This document shows, piece by piece, positions 9,820 to 17,728 of a stretch of DNA of 64,000 nucleotides. The DNA lies in assembly GCA_021789595.1 (NCBI GenBank), contig JAJYJJ010000004.1, positions 66,617 through 130,616 on the forward strand, written 5' to 3'. The notes under the pieces are model-generated. The model was not told the DNA's origin, did not search any database, and saw nothing but the letters and a program-made list of their open reading frames with translations. The number at the start of each line of letters is the position of its first letter. The first letter of the stretch is position 1. This stretch comes from Nitrospirota bacterium (GTDB lineage: Bacteria; Nitrospirota; Thermodesulfovibrionia; UBA6902; JAJYJJ01). The position numbers and the translations under genes are program-made.

Positions 9820-9848
9820 GAAAAAGAAAAGGGGTCGTTGCCAACCCC
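9820..9848 (-). terminator. rho-independent terminator downstream of the pilA-N/pilA-C-like pair
   Basis: Minus-strand hairpin GGGGTTG-GCAA-CGACCCC (7 bp stem, GNRA loop) followed by TTTTCTTTTTC, 26 nt after the stop of the PilA-C-like gene. Confidence 0.55.
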
Positions 9849-9873
9849 TTTTCTAAAGCTTATACTGGATTGA

Positions 9874-10215
9874 CTATAGTGAGTTCCAACCACTAAATGC
9901 CGCTGAAGTACTCACGCTCGGCGAGGCTGATATATTTGTCCCTGTAGTCGCAGCTGTCCAATAGATAGTAGTGGAGTCTGCAGATACGCCAAACTCCCTG
10001 TCTCCATTAAGATGTTTTGAGACCGCTGCATAATGCGTGGTATCATCTATGACGTAAACCTTCACATTGCGTGATGCCTGAAATGTCTGGGAACTACCAG
10101 GGAATGTTATGGTTGTCACATCTGTGCTACTATTCCAGGTACCACCAGCGGCAAATGCTATTGCCGCGCCTAAGGCAAAACTCAATGCAATTACGAGTAT
10201 AATTATCTTCTTCAT
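9874..10215 (-). CDS. small secreted Ser/Thr-rich protein, candidate PilA-C-like partner of the short pilin
   Basis: ATG at 10215 preceded by GGAGG. Signal peptide 'MKKIIILVIALSFALGAAIAFAAG'. The mature part is about 90 aa and Ser/Thr-rich. Starts 13 nt after the pilin stop, mirroring the Geobacter pilA-N/pilA-C arrangement. Confidence 0.5.
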   Translation of the reverse strand: MKKIIILVIALSFALGAAIAFAAGGTWNSSTDVTTITFPGSSQTFQASRNVKVYVIDDTTHYAAVSKHLNGDREFGVSADSTTIYWTAATTGTNISASPSVSTSAAFSGWNSL

Positions 10216-10228
10216 ATCAACCTCCTTT

Positions 10229-10447
10229 TTATGGATAATACTGGAAGTCAGCATAATATGCTTCCATTGCTGTCTTGAAGTTCCTCAGGTCGCTCTCTGC
10301 GGCTGAGTTATATGCCTTTGTCCTGTATGCTGCAAACTGTGGTATTGCAATTGCAGCAAGGATGGCTATAATCGCCACGACCACGAGGAGCTCGATAAGG
10401 GTAAAACCCTTTTCATTGCCCTTCATACGATTGATTGTCTTTAACAT
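10229..10447 (-). CDS. pilA: truncated type IV pilin, Geobacter PilA-N (e-pilin)-like, paralog 2
   Basis: 'NEKG|FTLIELLVVVAIIAILAAIAIPQFAAYRTKAYNSAAESDLRNFKTAMEAYYADFQYYP' is near-identical in its core to Geobacter sulfurreducens PilA. 10 of 58 mature residues are aromatic. Strong GGAGGAGG ribosome-binding site. Confidence 0.85.
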   Translation of the reverse strand: MLKTINRMKGNEKGFTLIELLVVVAIIAILAAIAIPQFAAYRTKAYNSAAESDLRNFKTAMEAYYADFQYYP

Positions 10448-10597
10448 GTCCTCCTCCTTTTTAATAACCGTTTGAACCCTTTACTCCACAAAACTTACCA
10501 CTAAATACTAAATACTGCCTTTTTACACCACCTCCTCTCAATCTGAGTTTGATTCCCATTCGGGGGTTTATGCCTTGATTTCCATATGCAACAATAT

Positions 10598-10613
10598 AGC
10601 AGATTCCATGCCA
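10598..10613 (-). promoter_or_regulatory. candidate sigma54 (-24/-12) promoter upstream of pilA paralog 2
   Basis: Minus-strand TGGCAT-GGAAT-CTGCT. GG and GC elements are at canonical spacing (consensus TGGCAC-N5-TTGCW), about 150 nt upstream of the pilin start. Geobacter pilA is RpoN/PilR dependent. Confidence 0.3.
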
Positions 10614-10828
10614 CGATGCAAGGGGAAAATTAAACAGGATTGAGTGATAGGGGATAATATATAAGGGCTAAGAAATAAAGGGAAAAACGACCTGGGGATT
10701 TTAACAGGCTGCTAATAACAGACAACAATTTATATATTTCCATATACATTTAGCGGCAATTATGACAAATTTTGTCAGTTCCGGGCATATTTTCATTTTC
10801 TTTTTTGCAGATGTTATAATCTATTGCG

Positions 10829-11503
10829 ATGATACCTTACAAGGATGACAATCCCACATCCCATTTCCCGTTTGTAACAATAGCCATTATCCTTATAAAC
10901 AGCATTGTCTTTTTCCTTGTCCCATCCTCAGGGGAGGCAGGAAAAGAGGCGGTGTATGCCTATGGCGCAATACCAATCTATATAATGAGCTTTCAAGGGG
11001 CACAGCCCATTCATCCCTTCCTTACGGTCTTTACATCCATGTTCATGCACGGCAGCATCCTTCATCTCCTCGGCAATATGCTTTATCTCTGGATATTCGG
11101 GGACAACATAGAGGACAGGCTCGGCCATGTGAGATTTATAATCTTTTATCTCATCTGCGGGATTGTCGCTGCTTACAGCTATGCAATAACAGACCCGGCA
11201 TCAAAGATCCCGATGATAGGTGCAAGCGGCGCCATATCAGGTGTTTTGGGCGCATATCTTCTCCTGTTTCCGAAGGCAAAGGTTCACGCCTTGATATTCC
11301 TCGGATTTTTTGTTACGGTCATCAAGATACCTGCGATTCTTGTAATTGGATTCTGGGCTGTGATACAATTCTTAAGCGGCCTTCTGAGCACAGGGCTTCA
11401 TGCCCAGGGTGGCATTGCCTGGTTTGCCCATGTTGGTGGATTTTTGTGGGGTCTTATTACCATAAGGCTGTTTATGATGAGGAAAAGGAGGTATAACTGG
11501 TAA
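10829..11503 (+). CDS. rhomboid family intramembrane serine protease
   Basis: Catalytic 'GASGAISGV' (GxSG) and 'AHVGGF' histidine motif in a 6-TM protein. Confidence 0.85.
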   Translation: MIPYKDDNPTSHFPFVTIAIILINSIVFFLVPSSGEAGKEAVYAYGAIPIYIMSFQGAQPIHPFLTVFTSMFMHGSILHLLGNMLYLWIFGDNIEDRLGHVRFIIFYLICGIVAAYSYAITDPASKIPMIGASGAISGVLGAYLLLFPKAKVHALIFLGFFVTVIKIPAILVIGFWAVIQFLSGLLSTGLHAQGGIAWFAHVGGFLWGLITIRLFMMRKRRYNW

Positions 11504-11506
11504 ACT

Positions 11507-12388
11507 ATGATTGTCCTCTGTCCAAAATGCAAAACGAAGTTGAAGGTTGCTGAAGAAAAGATATCCGATGCAGGCAGCCGTTTTAAATGCCCTAAATGCA
11601 GTACAGTCCTGCTGATTAAAAAGCCGAAAAGGCCTGCTGTTGAGGCAAAGCCCATTGATACTAACACAGTGCTTGTTGCCCATGGAAATCGTGAGATGCT
11701 CATAAAAATAGAGAATGTTGTCAAAAGGGCAGGGTATGCTGTGGAGAGGAGCATGGACGGCATTGACGCCATGGTAAAGATAGACAGGATAAAACCCTTT
11801 CTTACAATAATAGATGTCGCCCTTCCAAAGATATACGGTTTTGAGATATGTAAAAGGATTAAGAGCAGGCATGAGACAAAGGGTATAAAGGTCATCCTTG
11901 TGGCATCTATCTATGATAAAGAGAGGTATAAGCGGGAACCGCAGTCTCTTTATGACGCTGATGACTATATCGAGGGCCATCAGATTGAGAAGCTGTTGAT
12001 TGACAAGATAGGCAGGCTTTCAGGCAAGGTGCAGGCAGGTGAACTGCCAAAGGAACAACCAATGCCGCCTCAGCCGCCAGCAGAAGAAAAGCCTTATCTA
12101 CAGAAGGCAGAGGTATCAGCACCTCCTGAAATCGGTATAGAGAAGATAGAAAAGGCAAAACGCCTTGCAAGGACTATTGTCTCTGATATTACGCTTTATA
12201 ACCCGAAGAAGGTTGAAGAGGCAATAAGGAGGGGTGTGTTCTTCTCTGACTTCTCAGATGAGATAAAGGAAGGCCAGAAACTCTATGACAGCCGTATCCC
12301 TGAGGATGTGAGGGCTGTGGGGGATTTCTACAAAGAGGCCATAGGGAACTTTATAATAAAGAAAAAAAAGGCGATGGGTCTTGCCTGA
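11507..12388 (+). CDS. zinc-ribbon (MJ0042-type CxxC...CxxC) protein with a receiver-like domain lacking the N-terminal acidic pair
   Basis: N-terminal 'CPKCKTKLKV...FKCPKCSTVL' zinc ribbon. Central CheY-like fold ('TIIDVALPKIYGFEICKRIK'). Acidic/Pro-rich linker. Confidence 0.5.
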   Translation: MIVLCPKCKTKLKVAEEKISDAGSRFKCPKCSTVLLIKKPKRPAVEAKPIDTNTVLVAHGNREMLIKIENVVKRAGYAVERSMDGIDAMVKIDRIKPFLTIIDVALPKIYGFEICKRIKSRHETKGIKVILVASIYDKERYKREPQSLYDADDYIEGHQIEKLLIDKIGRLSGKVQAGELPKEQPMPPQPPAEEKPYLQKAEVSAPPEIGIEKIEKAKRLARTIVSDITLYNPKKVEEAIRRGVFFSDFSDEIKEGQKLYDSRIPEDVRAVGDFYKEAIGNFIIKKKKAMGLA

Positions 12389-12407
12389 ACCTGGATGATA
12401 AGAGATT

Positions 12408-12848
12408 ATGAATGGCAGGGTTGTATCGGTTAACATCAGTGAGAAAAAGGGACAGAGGAAAAAGAGGATAGAAAAGGCCCTTGTCGTAGAAGATTTTGGT
12501 ATCAAAGGTGATGCACATGCATCCAGTGAATGGCACAGGCAGGTCAGCCTGCTTGCCATGGAGAGCATAATGAAGATGCAGTCCATGGGATTGGATGTCA
12601 AGCCAGGGGATTTTGCAGAGAACATCACGACTGAGGGTATAGACCTCGTAAATCTTCCTGTGGGCACAAGGCTCTTGATTGGCAATGCCATTGAGGTTGA
12701 GGTAAGCCAGATAGGCAAGGTCTGTCATAGCAGGTGCGCAATATATTATCAGGCAGGTGATTGTGTGATGCCCAAAGAGGGGATATTTGTAAAGGTTATC
12801 AGGGGCGGGATGGTAAAGGAGGGAGACAGGATAACAGTCGTCAGTTGA
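12408..12848 (+). CDS. MOSC domain-containing protein
   Basis: 'VSVNISEKKG...KALVVEDFGIKGDAHAS..WHRQVSLL' MOSC beta-barrel pattern. Adjacent to a molybdopterin gene. Confidence 0.7.
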   Translation: MNGRVVSVNISEKKGQRKKRIEKALVVEDFGIKGDAHASSEWHRQVSLLAMESIMKMQSMGLDVKPGDFAENITTEGIDLVNLPVGTRLLIGNAIEVEVSQIGKVCHSRCAIYYQAGDCVMPKEGIFVKVIRGGMVKEGDRITVVS

Positions 12849-12874
12849 CAGTCATATGAGGACGATTCAGTTAA

Positions 12875-13363
12875 ATGATAAAGGTGGCAGTCTTGACATT
12901 AAGCGATAAGGGTTCAAGGGGTGAGAGGGAGGATTTAAGCGGCCCTGTTATAGCCGAGATGGTTAAAAGGATAGACGGGGAGGTTATCTCATACGAAATA
13001 ATCCCTGATGAAAAGGATTTGATCAAACAGAGGCTTATAAGTCTTTCAGAAAAGGCCGATATAGTTTTTACAACAGGAGGCACAGGCCTGTCTCTGCGTG
13101 ATGTGACCCCTGAGGCAACCATCGCAGTCATAGAGAGGGAGGTGCGTGGCATTGCTGAGGTCATGAGGGCAGAGGGCATGAAGAAGACCCAGAGGGCAAT
13201 GCTTTCAAGGGCGGTTGCAGGGATAAGAAACAAAAGCCTGATTATAAACCTCCCGGGAAGCCCAAAGGCCGTTAGGGAAAACTTAGAGGTCATATTAGAT
13301 GCGCTTCCACATGCAGTAGAAAAGATAAAGGGCGATGAAAAGGAGTGTGCCAGATATGACTAA
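12875..13363 (+). CDS. moaB: molybdenum cofactor biosynthesis protein MogA/MoaB
   Basis: 'KVAVLTLSDKGS...DIVFTTGGTGLSLRDVTPEAT' MoaB/MogA signature (GGTG). Confidence 0.8.
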   Translation: MIKVAVLTLSDKGSRGEREDLSGPVIAEMVKRIDGEVISYEIIPDEKDLIKQRLISLSEKADIVFTTGGTGLSLRDVTPEATIAVIEREVRGIAEVMRAEGMKKTQRAMLSRAVAGIRNKSLIINLPGSPKAVRENLEVILDALPHAVEKIKGDEKECARYD

Positions 13364-14069
13364 TGTATCCTTTCCCCTTGCATTCTTGGGCGGCCTTGTA
13401 TCCTTCCTGTCTCCGTGTGTCCTGCCATTGATACCATCCTATGTCTCGTATATCACAGGCATATCCTTTGATGACCTTAGGCAGGGTAGTGATAAGGCAA
13501 GGATAAGGAGGCTCACAATCACCAATTCCATAGCCTTCATCCTCGGATTCTCTGCGGTCTTTATCCTGCTCGGCGCCTCTTCCTCTTATATTGGCAAGCT
13601 CCTCTTTGAATATCAGAAGGTAATCAGCAGAGTGGGCGGAGCAATCATAATAATCTTTGGCCTTTATGTCTCTGGCATCCTGAAGCTTGGTTTTCTTTCA
13701 AGGGAAAAGAAGTTTCACATCCAGGGAAGACCTGCGGGCTACTTCGGCTCCTTTGTCATCGGGGTAACCTTTGCTGCGGGGTGGACGCCATGCATAGGCC
13801 CTATCCTCGGCTCGATCCTCCTTTATGCAAGCACAAAGGGTTCAACCACATACGGCCTTGAACTCCTCTCTGTGTATTCCCTTGGCCTGGCCATACCTTT
13901 CTTCATATCCTCACTTGCAATAAATACACTGCTCAGCCTCTTTGGAAGCATCGGGAAGGCAGTAAAGGTCATTACCTTAATCAGCGGCATACTCCTCATG
14001 GTCTTTGGCCTGCTGTTGGTTACAGACAACCTTAATATTGTTTTATCCATCATCCCTGACTTGGGATAA
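13335..14069 (+). CDS. ccdA: cytochrome c-type biogenesis protein CcdA (DsbD transmembrane domain), paralog 1
   Basis: 'FLSPCVLPLIPSYVSYITG' and the second conserved Cys in 'WTPCIGPILG'. 6 TM helices. Confidence 0.8.
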   Translation: MKRSVPDMTNVSFPLAFLGGLVSFLSPCVLPLIPSYVSYITGISFDDLRQGSDKARIRRLTITNSIAFILGFSAVFILLGASSSYIGKLLFEYQKVISRVGGAIIIIFGLYVSGILKLGFLSREKKFHIQGRPAGYFGSFVIGVTFAAGWTPCIGPILGSILLYASTKGSTTYGLELLSVYSLGLAIPFFISSLAINTLLSLFGSIGKAVKVITLISGILLMVFGLLLVTDNLNIVLSIIPDLG

Positions 14070-14104
14070 GATTTTAGGGTTGTGTTTGACTTAATGCCTG
14101 TCTA

Positions 14105-15454
14105 TTGTTTAATATCTTTTTCATGAAGATCCCTGTTAAAAGATTTATTGCTGTCATTCTGCTGCTGTTTCTTCCTGTAACAGTAAAGGCAGAGGTCAAG
14201 GAATATGCCCTTCCAAATGGGTTAAAGGTTCTCCTTGTAGAAAACCATAATGCCCCTATCGCAACCTTTCAGATATGGTACAGGGTTGGCTCTATGTATG
14301 AGCAGATAGGCAAGACAGGCATGAGCCATCTCCTTGAACACATGATGTTCAAGGGCACAAAGATGCATGGGCCAAAGACATTCTCAAGGATTATACAGAG
14401 AAATGGCGGTGTTGACAATGCCTTTACAACAAAGGACTATACGATGTATTACCAGAAACTCGCATCTGACAGGATCAATATCTCCCTTGACCTTGAATCA
14501 GACAGGATGGCAAACCTGCTCATAGACCCAAAGGATTTTTCCTCTGAGAAAAAGGTTGTGATGGAAGAGCGCAGGATGCGGTATGAGGACGACCCGCAGA
14601 ACCTTGTCTATGAGGCGGTCCTTGCAGCGGCCTTTGAAAACCACCCATACAGATGGCCTGTAATTGGCTGGATGTCTGATATAGCATCCATCAAGAGGGA
14701 TGAACTCTATAATTACTACAGGACATATTATGCGCCTGATAATGCTGTAATCGTGATTGCAGGCGATATAAAAACGGACAGGATTATGAAGGACATCGAG
14801 GATACCTTTGGCAAGATAAAGAGAGGGGCCGATGTAAAAACACCTGTGATTGAAGAGCCAGGGCAGTTAGGAAAGAGGGAGGTGTTTGTAAAGAAGGAGG
14901 CTGAACTCCCATACTTCCTATCCGCATATCATGTGCCCGATCTCCCTTCTAAGGATGGCTATGCCCTGGATGTCCTTGCTACAATCCTTGCTGGAGGTAA
15001 GAGTTCGAGGTTCTATAAGAGCCTTGTCTATGAAAAGCAGATAGCCCTTGGAGCAGACGCAGGATATGACGGCCTGCATAAAAACCCGTTCTTATTCTTT
15101 CTTTCAGCAACAGCAGCCCCTGACAAATCCATAGAAGAGGTGAGGAAGGCCCTCTATGAGGAGGTTGACAGGATAAAAAAAGAGCCTCCCACTGGAAGGG
15201 AGCTTCAGAGGGCCAAAAACCAGATAGAGACATCGTTTATAATGGGAGAGGACTCGATCTTCTTTCAGGCCGAAATTCTCGGTATGTATGAGATGATAGG
15301 CGACTGGCATTATAAGGATGAATACTTGAAGGGGATAAGGGCAGTTACATCGGATGATGTCATGGGAGTGGCAAGGAGATACCTTGTAGATGACAACATG
15401 ACCATGGGTATACTTATACCACAGAGGATCAAGGCCATAGGTGATCAAGGATAG
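14105..15454 (+). CDS. M16 family zinc peptidase (catalytic subunit)
   Basis: Signal peptide. HxxEH zinc motif 'HLLEHMMFKGT'. Confidence 0.85.
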   Translation: MFNIFFMKIPVKRFIAVILLLFLPVTVKAEVKEYALPNGLKVLLVENHNAPIATFQIWYRVGSMYEQIGKTGMSHLLEHMMFKGTKMHGPKTFSRIIQRNGGVDNAFTTKDYTMYYQKLASDRINISLDLESDRMANLLIDPKDFSSEKKVVMEERRMRYEDDPQNLVYEAVLAAAFENHPYRWPVIGWMSDIASIKRDELYNYYRTYYAPDNAVIVIAGDIKTDRIMKDIEDTFGKIKRGADVKTPVIEEPGQLGKREVFVKKEAELPYFLSAYHVPDLPSKDGYALDVLATILAGGKSSRFYKSLVYEKQIALGADAGYDGLHKNPFLFFLSATAAPDKSIEEVRKALYEEVDRIKKEPPTGRELQRAKNQIETSFIMGEDSIFFQAEILGMYEMIGDWHYKDEYLKGIRAVTSDDVMGVARRYLVDDNMTMGILIPQRIKAIGDQG

Positions 15455-15461
15455 GTAAGAA

Positions 15462-16778
15462 ATGAAACGATTATGTCTTCTCCTTATTTTCATTATGTTT
15501 CCATCTACCGTATTCGCCTCAGAGATTGCCACACGGGAGGTCTTACCGAATGGCCTTGTGCTGCTTCAGTCTGAGCAGCACAACCTGCCGATTGTAATGG
15601 TCACGCTTGCAATAAAGGCAGGCAGCCTTGTCGAACCTGCTGAAAAGGCAGGCCTTGCAAATCTTACCGCATCTCTTCTGACAGAGGGGACAAAGACCCG
15701 CACAGCCTCTGAGATAAGCGATGAGATAGAATTTGTTGGCGGAGATTTAAGCAGCTCAGGGGGCAGCGATTATATAACAGTTACCCTTTCTATATTGAAG
15801 AAGGATGTTGATAAGGGCTTTGAACTTCTATCCGATATAGTATTAAATCCAGCGTTCTCAGGGGATGAGATAAAGAGGAAAAAGGCGCTTATAAAGGGCA
15901 CACTCAAGGCTGAGGAGGAAGAGCCCTCTATCGTTGCATCAAGGGCATTTAAAAAGGCCATCTTTGGCGACGGCCCTTATGGCAGGCCTGTTAAGGGATT
16001 CCCGGAGACTATAGACAGGATTACAAGGGATGACATACTGGATTTCTATTCCCGTTTCTATGCTTCAAATAATGCTATAATGGCTGTTGTTGGCGACCTT
16101 AACCGCAGCGAATTGAAGGCGCTCATGGATAAATACTTCAGGGGATGGAAGCAGAAGGACATAAAGCCAGTGCTTTATTTACAACCTTCAGAGCCGACCT
16201 CTCCAAAGCTCATAAAGATAGACAGGGATGTTACCCAGGCAAACATAGTCCTCGGGCATATAGGCATAAAAAGGGATAACCCTGATTTTTATGCTGTCTC
16301 TGTTATGAACTATATCCTCGGCGGAGGCGGGTTTGCATCAAGGCTTATGACTGATATAAGGGAAGAAAAGGGTCTTGCCTATGATGTCGAGAGCTTCTTC
16401 TTGCCGCAAAAGGAGACAGGGGGTTTTGAGGTCGTGCTTCAGACAAGGAATGAGTCTGCGAACACCGCCGTAGAAGAGGTGCTGAAGGAAGTGAAAGGGA
16501 TGATGGCAGACCCTGTTTCTGAAAAAGAGCTTGGAGATGCCAAGTCGTTTCTCACAGGGAGCTTCCCATTGAGGATTGATACAAGCAGGAAGATAGCGGA
16601 TTTTCTCGCTGCTGTAGAATACTATGGTCTTGGGCTTGATTATGTGCAGAGGTACCCCGAATATATAAGGGAGGTGACAAGGGAGGATGTATTGAGGGTT
16701 GCGAGGAAATATCTACATCCTGATAGATATATCCTTGTTGTAGTTGCAAACCAGAGAAAGGCAGGTGTGAAATACTGA
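15462..16778 (+). CDS. M16 family peptidase, non-catalytic partner subunit
   Basis: M16 fold without HxxEH. Signal peptide. Translationally coupled to the upstream M16 gene. Confidence 0.8.
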   Translation: MKRLCLLLIFIMFPSTVFASEIATREVLPNGLVLLQSEQHNLPIVMVTLAIKAGSLVEPAEKAGLANLTASLLTEGTKTRTASEISDEIEFVGGDLSSSGGSDYITVTLSILKKDVDKGFELLSDIVLNPAFSGDEIKRKKALIKGTLKAEEEEPSIVASRAFKKAIFGDGPYGRPVKGFPETIDRITRDDILDFYSRFYASNNAIMAVVGDLNRSELKALMDKYFRGWKQKDIKPVLYLQPSEPTSPKLIKIDRDVTQANIVLGHIGIKRDNPDFYAVSVMNYILGGGGFASRLMTDIREEKGLAYDVESFFLPQKETGGFEVVLQTRNESANTAVEEVLKEVKGMMADPVSEKELGDAKSFLTGSFPLRIDTSRKIADFLAAVEYYGLGLDYVQRYPEYIREVTREDVLRVARKYLHPDRYILVVVANQRKAGVKY

Positions 16779-17188
16779 TGAAAAATAGGGATATTATTAG
16801 GCTTTTAAATCAGGACATTGTTGGCGAGATAGAGGCGATACTTATCTATATGAGGGACAGTTTTGTAACCGAGCAATGTCCATCGAGCCGTAAACTCGAG
16901 GAGACGGCAAAGGATGAGATGCGACATGTAGAGTGGCTTGCAGAGCTTATAGTTGACCTTGGCGGGATCCCGAGCATGGAGCACAGGGTCCTCAATTTTG
17001 GCAGGTCAGGTGTTAACGGCTATCTCAAGCGCGCCATCGAGCTTGAAAAGGAGGCAATAGGGATGTATAGGGAGCACATAGGGCTTATTGGCGATGGAGA
17101 GATAGCAGAGAAGCTAAGACATATACTTGAGGAAGAAGAGGGACATCTTAAGGAATTTCAGAAACTGTTAAAGGGTGAGAAATCTTGA
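16778..17188 (+). CDS. bacterioferritin-like ferritin-fold protein
   Basis: 'LNQDIVGEIEAILIYM', 'EMRHVEWL' and 'EEEGHL' diiron ligand pattern similar to Bfr. The start overlaps the upstream stop (TGATG). Confidence 0.6.
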   Translation: MKNRDIIRLLNQDIVGEIEAILIYMRDSFVTEQCPSSRKLEETAKDEMRHVEWLAELIVDLGGIPSMEHRVLNFGRSGVNGYLKRAIELEKEAIGMYREHIGLIGDGEIAEKLRHILEEEEGHLKEFQKLLKGEKS

Positions 17189-17721
17189 TATGCCCGTCCT
17201 GTCTGTCTTTTATCCTCTATAATCCGATAAGGAAGCTTTTTACAGACAGGGATAATGTGCTTGAGCAGGCAGGTATAAAGAATGATACCGTAGTGCTTGA
17301 GATAGGGGCAGGCAATGGTTTTTTTACAGAGGCCATTGCAGGCAGGGCAAAGAAGGTCTATGCGGTAGAGATTCAGGAAGGGATGGTTAGGAAGCTCCTG
17401 AAGAGGATTAATACACTTGATGACAGGGATAAGATAGAGGTAATTCATAAGGATATAGCCCATGCAGAACTTCCTGACGGCCTCGCAGATATAGCGTTTC
17501 TCTATTACAGCTTCCATGAAATCACCGATAAAGAAAAGGCAGCCCAGACAATTGCAAGGGCTGTAAGGAGAGGCGGAAAGGTCTGCATCTTTGAACCAAC
17601 CATCGAGGTCAGCAAAAGGAAGATGGAATATACATTAAAGATATTTGAATCTATAGGCCTTAAGAAAGAGGCTGAGGCCCTGACCATATTTACGAGATTT
17701 GCAAGACTGGGTAAGCCCTGA
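17185..17721 (+). CDS. class I SAM-dependent methyltransferase
   Basis: Motif I 'VLEIGAGNGFFTEAIA'. Confidence 0.7.
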   Translation: MICPSCLSFILYNPIRKLFTDRDNVLEQAGIKNDTVVLEIGAGNGFFTEAIAGRAKKVYAVEIQEGMVRKLLKRINTLDDRDKIEVIHKDIAHAELPDGLADIAFLYYSFHEITDKEKAAQTIARAVRRGGKVCIFEPTIEVSKRKMEYTLKIFESIGLKKEAEALTIFTRFARLGKP

Positions 17722-17728
17722 ATTTAGT

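Noticed and set aside
9773-9844. Longer N-terminus for the ABC-2 permease starting at 9844
   Set aside because: The extension overlaps the intrinsic terminator hairpin after the PilA-C-like gene and adds non-hydrophobic residues. The internal ATG at 9772 gives a typical 253-aa permease.
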